From: a virus
Lineage: Duplodnaviria; Caudoviricetes
DNA: 54,659 nt
Virus record (IMG/VR): IMGVR_UViG_3300026183_000006
Coordinates: 1-54,659 of that record
Reading direction: 5' to 3' (one strand)
This document shows positions 45,967-54,659 of the stretch, in pieces (within the stretch, counting starts at the first letter, position 1; the number at the start of each line of letters is the position of its first letter). A program made the position numbers and the translations under genes. The notes under the pieces are model-generated. The model searched no databases. It saw only the letters and a program-made list of their open reading frames with translations, and was not told where the DNA came from.

Positions 45967-46629
45967 ATGGCTACATCATATTCACCAAAAATAATAACAG
46001 ATGGGTTGGTTCTTTGCTTAGATGCGGGGGATAGTAAGTCGTATGGGGGTAGTGGGACAACTTGGACAGATAGGAGCGGGCAAGGTAATAATGGAACATT
46101 AACGAATGGTCCTACTTTTAATAGTGGTAATGGAGGTTATATTACTTTTGCAGGAGATGATGATCATATACCTTTTACCTGTGATGATTTCGGAACAGAT
46201 AATACTGTAGAGATGTGGGCTAGATGGCATGGTACGGGGAATCGTATGTTTTGTGCTTGGAGTTCTTGTTACGACATTTGGACTATAGATGGTGATTTAG
46301 GTTTTAATACTTGCGGTGGAGATATTTATGGATTTAGTGCATCTAGTCTAGCTAATATTTGGCATCATTTTGTGTTTGTATTTAAACAACAAATACAAGA
46401 TAATAGTATCTATATTAATGGTGTATCTCAAACATTGAGTAAAAAAAGAGGCAATACAAACTTAACCTCAAATAGATCTTTTAGCACAAATTTCCGTCTT
46501 GGGGGTTGGACAGGTGGTAGTTACTATTACGATGGAGATATGGCGATAGCTAAAGTATATGATAGAGCCTTAACAGCAGCAGAAGTCCTTCAAAACTATA
46601 ACGCAACGAAAGGAAGATTCGGACTATGA
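45967..46629 (+). CDS. LamG/concanavalin A-like lectin protein, paralog 2
   Basis: IITDGLVLCLDAG, WHHFVFV, IYINGV, YDRALTAAEVLQNYNATKGRF. Confidence 0.88.
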   Translation: MATSYSPKIITDGLVLCLDAGDSKSYGGSGTTWTDRSGQGNNGTLTNGPTFNSGNGGYITFAGDDDHIPFTCDDFGTDNTVEMWARWHGTGNRMFCAWSSCYDIWTIDGDLGFNTCGGDIYGFSASSLANIWHHFVFVFKQQIQDNSIYINGVSQTLSKKRGNTNLTSNRSFSTNFRLGGWTGGSYYYDGDMAIAKVYDRALTAAEVLQNYNATKGRFGL

Positions 46630-47894
46630 GTGCACATGCAAACCCAGATATTGTTACAAATGGTTTAGTATTCGGCTTTGATACGGGGTATCCTTTTGTA
46701 TCTGAAAGCCATGAAACTTTTAGATATAATAGAGGAGAGCCAACTACTACATTTGATATCGGTACAATGGTACCTACTAGTCTAAATACTTACTTTACTA
46801 GTAATTCTGTTTATCAAAATAATTTGCATGGAACTGCCTGGGATTGGTCCTATTATCCTAATTCTAATATAAGTACTGAAGGAGGAATGGAGTGGGTCCC
46901 TAACTACGAGGGCCCCGGGTTTACAGGAGCCTGGAAAATGAAAAAGAGAGCTGGTGGAAATAGTGAAAGTAATTTTTCAGGAATAGCACCAGGAACTATA
47001 GATAGCAGCAAAACTTATACAGTTTCGGTATGGTGTAAAACTGATCAGGCTACTATGGCTAGAATACATCTCAATACTACCAAAAGTGGTTCAAGCTATT
47101 GGGGTTATGCAAGCGGCTATCATTCAGGAGGTGGAGATTGGGAAAGATTATCTGTAACAATACCTGCAGGAGCAGGAAACACATCTCTCAACACAATAAG
47201 ATGTCAATGTTTGGGTACTAATACTAATGCAGATGCATATTGGAGAGATTATCAAGTGGAAGAAAGAGGCCATGCAACTCCTTTCATATTAGGTGGAACC
47301 AGATCGTCTACAGGTTCACTTATAGATCTAACTGGAACAAATGATATAGATGTATCAGACGTATCATTTGACAGTAATGCACAAATGACTTTTGATGGGA
47401 CGGATGATTATGTTAGTGCTGCATCATTCGATATGGGAACCCCTACTGCGATAACATTAGAATGTATTATTAGATTTAACGGCTCTTTAGATAGTGCTGA
47501 TAGGAAGGTGATGCATTATAATAAATCAGGAGGAACCAACGCCGTTTTTCAACTAAGAAAAGGCTACTCTGCTTCTAGATTAATGTACCAAGCTCATAAC
47601 GGGAGTCAGTGGTATACGATGACAGATACTGACGCTATAGAATCTGATACTTGGGCGCATTTTATAATCACACATTCTGGGACATCTGCTATAATGTATA
47701 AAAATGGAGTTCAGTCAGCAACAGCGACAATGGGTAATTTGGAATGGACGAATGCTAATAATCTCTTAATAGGGTATAGGGCTAACTCTGAATATTGGAA
47801 AGGGGATATTCCTACTATGAAAATATATAACAGAGCCTTAACAGCAGCAGAAGTTCGACAAAACTACAACGCAACAAAATCGAGGTTCGTATAA
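46626..47894 (+). CDS. Lectin protein, paralog 3 (CBM-like insert plus LamG)
   Basis: IVTNGLVFGFD, TYTVSVWCK...WERLSVT...QVEE, FDGTDDYV, YNRALTAAEVRQNYNATKSRF. Confidence 0.85.
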   Translation: MSAHANPDIVTNGLVFGFDTGYPFVSESHETFRYNRGEPTTTFDIGTMVPTSLNTYFTSNSVYQNNLHGTAWDWSYYPNSNISTEGGMEWVPNYEGPGFTGAWKMKKRAGGNSESNFSGIAPGTIDSSKTYTVSVWCKTDQATMARIHLNTTKSGSSYWGYASGYHSGGGDWERLSVTIPAGAGNTSLNTIRCQCLGTNTNADAYWRDYQVEERGHATPFILGGTRSSTGSLIDLTGTNDIDVSDVSFDSNAQMTFDGTDDYVSAASFDMGTPTAITLECIIRFNGSLDSADRKVMHYNKSGGTNAVFQLRKGYSASRLMYQAHNGSQWYTMTDTDAIESDTWAHFIITHSGTSAIMYKNGVQSATATMGNLEWTNANNLLIGYRANSEYWKGDIPTMKIYNRALTAAEVRQNYNATKSRFV

Positions 47895-47913
47895 TTGTAA
47901 TATTCAATAAAAG

Positions 47914-47921
47914 TATAAATA
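47914..47921 (+). promoter_or_regulatory. T4-type late promoter
   Basis: TATAAATA 6 nt before ATG 47928. Confidence 0.8.
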
Positions 47922-47927
47922 ACAAAA

Positions 47928-50900
47928 ATGGCTAATATATTAACACACCCAACAAACGGAGCAATTTATTTTGATGACAGCGCCGCGGGTAGTACAACTA
48001 TACCTGCATTAACTGGAGATGCTGTTAGTTTGAATTACGACGGAAGTGCAGGATTAAACATTACTAGCTATAATACAACTTCAACAGATAGGTTCAGTAT
48101 CGATGGAGAAAGCGGAAGGTTGTTTAGTGTTAATGATAGTTTAACGGGTACAATTTTTAGTGTTAATGATGCTGCAGGATTACCTGTTATTGAAGTTGAA
48201 AGTACTTCATCTACTGATACTATTACAATGGGAACGTACGCTTCCAATGCTTTAGTGGTTGCAGGTGATAGAGTTGGTATCGGAACAGCTTCTCCAAGTT
48301 CTTCATACAAACTCGATGTTGTAGGATCAATTCAAGCATCTTCTAATATTCACGCAAATGGTAATATTTCTGCTACTGGTAATTTTGAATCATTCGGATC
48401 TTTTAGTATTACTACTATTGATGCAGCTACTGGTGACTTAGATAAATTTTTAGTTAGTGATGGAGGAACTATTAAGTATAGGACAGGAGCGCAAGTTCTT
48501 AGCGATATTGGAGCGCTTTCTTCAGAAACAGTCACGAGTTTAGCGTTAACTTCTGGCTCTTTGGTTTATACTGATGAAAATGGCACAGATACTTCAATTT
48601 CCCTTGCAGCTTATTTAGATGAAGATTCTAGATCTATTGCTTCTGGTTCTTTGAATAGCTCTACAGGAATTGTTACATTTACAAGAGACGATTCAACTAC
48701 ATTTACGTTAGATCTTGGGCCTCTCCTTGATGATACTAACCTTGTTACTTCGGTAGCAGGAAAAAGCGGAGTTGTAACTTTAGTCAAAGGTGACGTTGGT
48801 TTAGGTAATGTTACCAATGAAAGTAAGGCTACGATGTTCACTAGCCCTAGCTTTACAGGTGATGTTGTCATTACAGATGACACTTTTCCTTTCATAAAGT
48901 CTTCAACTAATGCAGTAGGTGCTGGAATTAAATTTAGTGATCAAACGTCAGGTTACACGCAACAAGGAACCTTAACATTCCGACATTCCGACTCTCAATC
49001 TTATGGTTCTGGCGCTTCGTTTGAGTTCGCTACAACAGAAGGCACATGTACTATTCTTGCTGATGGTAAGTTGATGTATGGTGAGGGAATCTACTCTAAA
49101 CCTGCATCTGGAACAGGGGCTGGAACAAGAAAAGATTCTAATTGGGATACAGCTTATAGCCACGTTTCAACTACCAACAATCCTCATAGTGTTACGGCAT
49201 CGCAAGTTGGAGCATATACTTCTGGTCAAACGGATACTTTGTTGGCTGGTAAGTCTCCTACTGCTGGTTCAACTAGCCTCACCACCGCTGGGGTATTAAC
49301 TGTTGATCAGTTAAACATGAGAGATGCAGGTGACTATATTACCTTTTATGGAGACGACAGTGCATACCACGCGATTGGAGCTAGAAATTCCGCAGCTGGT
49401 GCTGCTGATGATATCCGAATTAATAGCTACGGAGCTGTTTATGTTAACTTAGATAGTAATAGTAATAATGGTGGAGGGGCGAACTTCCAAATTGGAAGAC
49501 ATGGAGGACAAATTAACAGTGGAACTATTAGTGATTGGCTATTTACAGTTGATGGTGAAAATGGCAACGTTGGTATAGGAACAACTAGTCCATCGCACAA
49601 GTTAGAAGTAGGGTTAACTAGCTCTGTTGCTTTAGCTAATCAGCCCGCAGAACCTTTATTTGTTAGTAATGACGGTAATAGCGTAGATGGTAGAGTATTT
49701 ATATCAGTAAAACATGATGCAGTTAATACTGCTTCAGCTGTAGGAGCTGGATTCAAAATGACAGCGGCAGCGGTTACTAGTGGGACTGCATCTTACGATG
49801 ATTCATTAATATTTTTAAGGTCAGCGGGTACAAGTAATGTTACTGTTCACTCTGCTCCAAGAAACATTCAATTTTACGTAGATAACCACGATACAAATGC
49901 TGGTAGTGGAGCCAATTATAATGATTTAGGTGATCTCGCATTGACGATAGGAGAAGATACTAACGCAACTTTTGCAGGTAAGATAACATCTGGCAATGAT
50001 ATTGTTAATGCAACAGCTGGAGTTTATACTTGGGTTGGAGATACAGATACTTATATACAACGATCTGCTGGCAATGAAATAACTATTAAAACAGGAGCTT
50101 CAAATGCACTTGTTTTGGATTCTAGTCAGAATGCGACATTTGGAGGTAATATTATAGCTAGCGGTGCTGTTTACCCTGCTACAAATGCAGCAGCTAGTTT
50201 GGGTTTAAGTAATAAGCAATGGGCTGGGTTAGACTTAAGTTCTAGTTCTGCTATTACTTGGGGAAATGGAGATGCTGAAATAATAGAAGGAGAGACTAAC
50301 AATTATAGTTTAACATTTAAAACTTATGACGGAAGTAGTAACTCAGCCGCTTTAAGATTAGATGGAGACAATACGGCAACTTTCACAGGTAGTATAATAG
50401 TTTCTGGGACAGTAGATGGTCGTGATGTAGCTGCAGACGGTACTAAACTAGATGGTATTTCAGCTGGTGCTAATAATTACTCACACCCAACACATGCTGG
50501 TGATGATATTAGTATCGATACTGGAGCACTTACGGGTGCGACAGTTATCTCTGACCTTGATTTCAATATTACAACTAATACATTAGGCCACGTTACTGAT
50601 GCCAACGGAACTGTTTCAACACGGACATTAACCGCAGCAAACCTTGGTATCTCTGCACCGAATGCTCCAACAAGTGTAAGCGCATCTATTGTCGGAGAAA
50701 CAATTGATCTTACCTTTAATGCTTCAAGTACATCTAATATTGATGCTTATCTTGTTTATAGTTCTGTTGATGGTAGTGATTATGGATTGATTCAGATTAT
50801 TCCTCCTGATGACTTCTCTGCAACAATGAGTGTTATTGATAGCGCATTTACTGTCACAGGTACTCAAGCATATCGTGTATATGCAATGAAGTATGGCATT

Positions 50901-51197
50901 CTTTCAAGTGCTGGTACAGCGAGTGTTTCATACACAGTAAGTTCTGCGGAACCCACTGATATGAGTGTAGTTAATTTAAATAATGCTTATTTTGTTCAAT
51001 GGAATCCTCCAAGCGCAAATGAGAGATTCGTTAGTGCATACAATGTATACAAACATGAAGCGGCTACAAGCGGATCTCTTTCACGTTCTTCAGCATCATT
51101 AATTTACTCTGGACTTAATACAAACTTTATGTATCAAATTAGCGGAAATAATAATAGCAATTACCATCAATTCTGGGTAGAAACAACAATAGCATAA
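47928..51197 (+). CDS. Tail fibre protein with C-terminal fibronectin-III-like domains
   Basis: VTSVAGKSGVVTL, GNVGIGTTSP, VDGRDVAADGTKLD, APNAPTSVSAS...YRVYA, VQWNPP. Confidence 0.85.
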   Translation: MANILTHPTNGAIYFDDSAAGSTTIPALTGDAVSLNYDGSAGLNITSYNTTSTDRFSIDGESGRLFSVNDSLTGTIFSVNDAAGLPVIEVESTSSTDTITMGTYASNALVVAGDRVGIGTASPSSSYKLDVVGSIQASSNIHANGNISATGNFESFGSFSITTIDAATGDLDKFLVSDGGTIKYRTGAQVLSDIGALSSETVTSLALTSGSLVYTDENGTDTSISLAAYLDEDSRSIASGSLNSSTGIVTFTRDDSTTFTLDLGPLLDDTNLVTSVAGKSGVVTLVKGDVGLGNVTNESKATMFTSPSFTGDVVITDDTFPFIKSSTNAVGAGIKFSDQTSGYTQQGTLTFRHSDSQSYGSGASFEFATTEGTCTILADGKLMYGEGIYSKPASGTGAGTRKDSNWDTAYSHVSTTNNPHSVTASQVGAYTSGQTDTLLAGKSPTAGSTSLTTAGVLTVDQLNMRDAGDYITFYGDDSAYHAIGARNSAAGAADDIRINSYGAVYVNLDSNSNNGGGANFQIGRHGGQINSGTISDWLFTVDGENGNVGIGTTSPSHKLEVGLTSSVALANQPAEPLFVSNDGNSVDGRVFISVKHDAVNTASAVGAGFKMTAAAVTSGTASYDDSLIFLRSAGTSNVTVHSAPRNIQFYVDNHDTNAGSGANYNDLGDLALTIGEDTNATFAGKITSGNDIVNATAGVYTWVGDTDTYIQRSAGNEITIKTGASNALVLDSSQNATFGGNIIASGAVYPATNAAASLGLSNKQWAGLDLSSSSAITWGNGDAEIIEGETNNYSLTFKTYDGSSNSAALRLDGDNTATFTGSIIVSGTVDGRDVAADGTKLDGISAGANNYSHPTHAGDDISIDTGALTGATVISDLDFNITTNTLGHVTDANGTVSTRTLTAANLGISAPNAPTSVSASIVGETIDLTFNASSTSNIDAYLVYSSVDGSDYGLIQIIPPDDFSATMSVIDSAFTVTGTQAYRVYAMKYGILSSAGTASVSYTVSSAEPTDMSVVNLNNAYFVQWNPPSANERFVSAYNVYKHEAATSGSLSRSSASLIYSGLNTNFMYQISGNNNSNYHQFWVETTIA

Positions 51198-51198
51198 T

Positions 51199-51357
51199 AT
51201 GGACGAAGATTTAGAACATTGGGAATGGATCAGAGATCAAAGGACTGAAGATTTAGCTCTTGAAATGGAGAGAGGTGAGGATGATGCGCTTATCAAAATT
51301 TTAAAAGAAAATTTAGAAGAGGCTAGTTTAAAAGTAGAAGAATTGACTAATGAGTAG
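51199..51357 (+). CDS. Small acidic protein (52 aa, not in ORF track)
   Basis: MDEDLEHWEWIRDQRTEDLALEMERGEDDALIKILKENLEEASLKVEELTNE* fills the gap between its neighbours. Confidence 0.7.
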   Translation: MDEDLEHWEWIRDQRTEDLALEMERGEDDALIKILKENLEEASLKVEELTNE

Positions 51358-53092
51358 TTTAAAGCAACAAACCTTAGCGAGGAGTAAAATTCTATCTATT
51401 ACTGGTGCATCAATGACAGATAGCTCAAGCAATTCAAAATGGGGATTATATCCCGTTTTTAAAGGAGGAGTATCCAATGTAACTGTAAGAAGCGGTAGTG
51501 GAGACTATGATGGTGGTGATCGTGTAATTGGTTATCCTAGTGGTTATGAAGTTGATGGAGATCTTTTGTTTACTGCAGGTTGGGGTGATGGCTTTGCAGT
51601 TAGACGTTTAAATAACGATGGAACGCTAAGTAGGATTTATTATGAAAGCCAATTTTTATACAGAGATACTGGCAGCACATATAACCATATGATGAATGTT
51701 GCTATCGATACTACGAATAAGTTAGGGGTAGTAATGACTTATAATGTCGATGGTTATACGACATTTGATTATAGCGGATGTGTAGATGGTGGGACAACAT
51801 TTGTTAAAGACGCAAGACCAACACACACCAATCCTCAGAGGTTTATTCAGGCAGAAGGTTTAAATATTTCTAGCGCGGGTTTATACTATCAATCTGGTAT
51901 GGTAGCTGCTGGTGAATGGATTTATGTTGGAGAATATGATGCCCGTCATTATAAGAGAGTCGTTAGAAGGAACTTAAATACAGATGCAGAAGAGGTTATT
52001 GGCAATAGCTCTGGAACGGCTGATCTATATTCTGGTAGCGCTACAATTGATAGAAGCGGTTATCGGTATACTCTTCATTATGATGAGATCAATGATAGAG
52101 TTTTCTATTTCTCTTATTATAATGGCAATTTTATTGTAGTTTTAGATGCCAGCACATCTACTCCTGAATTACTTTGGTGCGATATTGCTGATGCTGGTAA
52201 TGGAGATGACGGGTATGATATGGGATTATTTATTCCAGATCCTACGAATAGCCCTAATAGAATGTGGGTTACTGGATCAAATAGATTTTTGGATGTTGAT
52301 ATTACTCCATGTTTTACAGGTTCTGCCCCTACTATTCATAATAGGGTTTTCCCTTCAGATTCGTTTCATTACGACGCTCTTTGGAGAATGGGTACTAAAT
52401 ATCAAAAAACATCAGGCGTACCTATGGATAAATTACCATCTTATCCTAATTTTATTCCTACAAACGCAGATCGTGATAGAAATAGACAAGGTGGTTGGAT
52501 AGATACGACTAATAATCTTATGGTAGGGATGGAGTATCCCTATGATTATACTGAGGATACATCAACTGGAAGTAGAGGTCGTAGCTTTAACCATGGTTAT
52601 GGTTGCCCAATGGTTCTTATGGAATCTGCAAATGGTACAAGATACTGGGTGAAAATGGGGTATGGTGGTAGCGATGGTCACTTATTTATGACTTGGACTG
52701 AAGACAAATATCCTAATCAATTAATAGGAAACTGGGAAGTAGTTTTTGGTACATTCACACTTGATAATAATGCAAATATTGATCAGGTAAATTTACCAAC
52801 CGTGTCTAACTTTAAAATACCTTCATCGTGTTCTTTAACAGTTTATGTTTCAAATAATAATGGAACATCTTGGGAAACTTACGATAAAGACACAGAAGAC
52901 AGTCATACATTCTCAACCACTGGATATCAATTGCGTATAAAAATATCTGCAAGCGGCCAACCAGATAAATCGCCTTATTATAATGGAAAAGATGGAGGTG
53001 AATTATATGTTTTTTATAGTTCACTTCATGAAGCCGCAAAAGATTCCAATATTAAATACAAAGTTAACAGAAAACGTCTTGGAAGACAATAA
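51350..53092 (+). CDS. Beta-rich, probably propeller-containing structural / receptor-binding protein
   Basis: 580 aa Y/W/G/D-rich; C-terminal YVSNNNGTSWE...LRIKI. Confidence 0.65.
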   Translation: MSSLKQQTLARSKILSITGASMTDSSSNSKWGLYPVFKGGVSNVTVRSGSGDYDGGDRVIGYPSGYEVDGDLLFTAGWGDGFAVRRLNNDGTLSRIYYESQFLYRDTGSTYNHMMNVAIDTTNKLGVVMTYNVDGYTTFDYSGCVDGGTTFVKDARPTHTNPQRFIQAEGLNISSAGLYYQSGMVAAGEWIYVGEYDARHYKRVVRRNLNTDAEEVIGNSSGTADLYSGSATIDRSGYRYTLHYDEINDRVFYFSYYNGNFIVVLDASTSTPELLWCDIADAGNGDDGYDMGLFIPDPTNSPNRMWVTGSNRFLDVDITPCFTGSAPTIHNRVFPSDSFHYDALWRMGTKYQKTSGVPMDKLPSYPNFIPTNADRDRNRQGGWIDTTNNLMVGMEYPYDYTEDTSTGSRGRSFNHGYGCPMVLMESANGTRYWVKMGYGGSDGHLFMTWTEDKYPNQLIGNWEVVFGTFTLDNNANIDQVNLPTVSNFKIPSSCSLTVYVSNNNGTSWETYDKDTEDSHTFSTTGYQLRIKISASGQPDKSPYYNGKDGGELYVFYSSLHEAAKDSNIKYKVNRKRLGRQ

Positions 53093-53104
53093 TAAATAGA
53101 TATT

Positions 53105-54659
53105 ATGGCAACAGTAGCAGGTTCACAGCGACAATTAACACATACATCTAATACTTATGAAAGTAATGGTGATGTAACTATTGGCGGTAATTTAAATATT
53201 AATGGTACTACTACAACCATTGATACAGCTAATCTATTAGTTGAAGATAAAAACATTGTCATAGGTGATGTATCATCTCCTAGTGATACTACGGCAGATG
53301 GCGGTGGTATTACCTTGAAAGGTGCTAGTGATAAGACAATTAATTGGATTAATTCTACTAGTTCGTGGACATCCAATCAAACTTTCTCAGCACCGAACTT
53401 AACATTAACAAACTTATCAACATATAGTGGATCAGATATCACTGCTTTAATGATTTCTGGTGGCAATATTGTTGGTAAAAGAGAATTGGGGACTAACGCC
53501 TTTAATAGCACTGCGTTTTTAACTAGTTATACTGAAACAGACACGCTAGCTACTGTAACAGCTAGAGGGAATGTTACCTCACAATCTATTAGTATTAGTA
53601 ATACGCTTAGTACTACTAACACCATTTTTGCTAGAAAAGACAATGTAAGTAATTATGCAAATGCACAAGTTAGATTAGATTCGTTTGGCGGTTCAAGTAG
53701 TTTAGTAGGACTTGGATTTCATATTAGCGGTAGCGTTGGTAAAATGCTGTTTACTAATTCTTCCGGCGATCTTTTCTGGGATAGCACTAATTCTAAAATC
53801 TGGCATGCAGGTAACGATGGATCTGGTTCTGGCTTAGATGCTGACACCCTTGATGGATATAATGCAGAAGAGGGAGCTGTAAATAATAGTATCGTAAAAA
53901 GAGATGGTACAGCATCGATTAAAGCTTATGGATTATCTTTATTGAGGCAATCAACGGCAAGAACTGGAATCACTTGGTATAATGAAGCATACTATAACTG
54001 GCAAGATTATATGGCTTCTGCTGGGACAACAGGATGCGGTCCAAATGGAAACTTAACAGCTCCTACTGGATTAGCTGGAGTCACGTCTTGGGCATTACGT
54101 TCAAGGATGGAAGGTGTAGCCACTTATGGTTGGAACTGGGAAACTGGTGGTAGCGCTGGCGGAGGAGCAACTGCTACATCAAAAATGTCTTTGAATGCTA
54201 CGACTGGTAACTTAGAGATAGCAGGAACATTCAAAAGTAATTCCATTAACGCAGCTACATCAGATACTGATAAATTCTTGGTTAGTGATGGAGGAACTAT
54301 TAAGTATAGAACCGGGGCACAAGTTCTTAGTGATATTGGGGCTGCGGCTTCAAGCCATACTCATACTAAATTAGAAGGATTCTCTAACCAAACAGAATAT
54401 GATTTAATTAGGGCGGGTAATATCAATGGTCTCTATATGAAGGCTCGTTGGGATTCAGCAACAACCAACCGCTATTGGGACATGGGTTATGTGGATGGCA
54501 ATGGTACGTTCTACACTGGTCTAAAAGTTATAAACGGTGGTGACATTACTTACAAAGGTAATGAAATGTGGCATGCAGGTAACGACGGCTCTGGTTCTGG
54601 CTTAGATGCTGATTTACTTGATGGTATTCAAGGTACATCATTCTTAAGAAGCGATGCGA
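53105..54659 (+). CDS. Tail fibre protein, truncated by the window end (not in ORF track)
   Basis: MATVAGSQRQLTHTS...GNLNINGTTTTID...ADGGGITLKGA...; two WHAGNDGSGSGLDAD units; late-like AATAAATA at 53091-53098. Confidence 0.88.
   Translation, partial: MATVAGSQRQLTHTSNTYESNGDVTIGGNLNINGTTTTIDTANLLVEDKNIVIGDVSSPSDTTADGGGITLKGASDKTINWINSTSSWTSNQTFSAPNLTLTNLSTYSGSDITALMISGGNIVGKRELGTNAFNSTAFLTSYTETDTLATVTARGNVTSQSISISNTLSTTNTIFARKDNVSNYANAQVRLDSFGGSSSLVGLGFHISGSVGKMLFTNSSGDLFWDSTNSKIWHAGNDGSGSGLDADTLDGYNAEEGAVNNSIVKRDGTASIKAYGLSLLRQSTARTGITWYNEAYYNWQDYMASAGTTGCGPNGNLTAPTGLAGVTSWALRSRMEGVATYGWNWETGGSAGGGATATSKMSLNATTGNLEIAGTFKSNSINAATSDTDKFLVSDGGTIKYRTGAQVLSDIGAAASSHTHTKLEGFSNQTEYDLIRAGNINGLYMKARWDSATTNRYWDMGYVDGNGTFYTGLKVINGGDITYKGNEMWHAGNDGSGSGLDADLLDGIQGTSFLRSDA
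53375..53463 (+). repeat. 89-bp exact direct repeat, copy 2
   Basis: Identical to 42682-42770. Confidence 0.9.

Larger units (their letters stand above)
39070..49591 (+). repeat. Dispersed repeat, consensus AACGTTGGTATAGGAACAACNAGTCC, 15 copies
   Basis: Copies begin near 39070, 39382, 39595, 39811, 39982, 40222, 40942, 41203, 41401, 41632, 41911, 42199, 44107, 44347, 49566. Confidence 0.9.

Noticed and set aside
39070-49591. Invertible shufflon
   Set aside because: All copies I found are direct and in frame on one strand; no inverted cassettes or invertase seen.
42682-53463. Repeat pair as a DGR template/variable region
   Set aside because: The core is identical and flanking differences are mostly synonymous and not adenine-specific; both copies are mid-gene; no reverse transcriptase in the window.
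1-54659. tRNA/rRNA genes, introns, inteins or stop-codon reassignment
   Set aside because: None recognised; core genes are uninterrupted in the standard code and all three stop codons terminate genes.

Overview
A 54.7 kb, AT-rich segment of a large T4-like myovirus resembling marine cyanophage/pelagiphage genomes. In order it holds: (i) an array of tiny early ORFs, most preceded by a repeated promoter-like motif; (ii) a lysis region with a signal-anchored GH24 lysozyme, an amidase and candidate holin and spanins; (iii) a late-promoter operon ending in a PEP-CTERM-type surface protein; (iv) gp33, gp59, gp32 and a secreted EF-hand protein; (v) a divergent tail/baseplate block (tape measure, gp26-like, gp54-like, gp2, gp4 | gp48, gp53, gp27-like, gp5, gp25, gp6, gp7, gp8, DUF4815-like); (vi) about 20 kb of modular tail-fibre and lectin genes. 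The strongest observations are: a probable -1 frameshift (T TTT TTC) joining the gp26-like gene to a start-less ORF just upstream of the tape measure gene; an 11-mer TTGGTATAGGA that is invariant in 15 copies at fibre module junctions; a hairpin/pseudoknot 5' leader on the longest fibre gene; pervasive near-leaderless, Shine-Dalgarno-free gene starts; and PEP-CTERM plus EF-hand genes that suggest a Verrucomicrobiota-like host. All family calls come from motif recognition and synteny by eye, not database searches.
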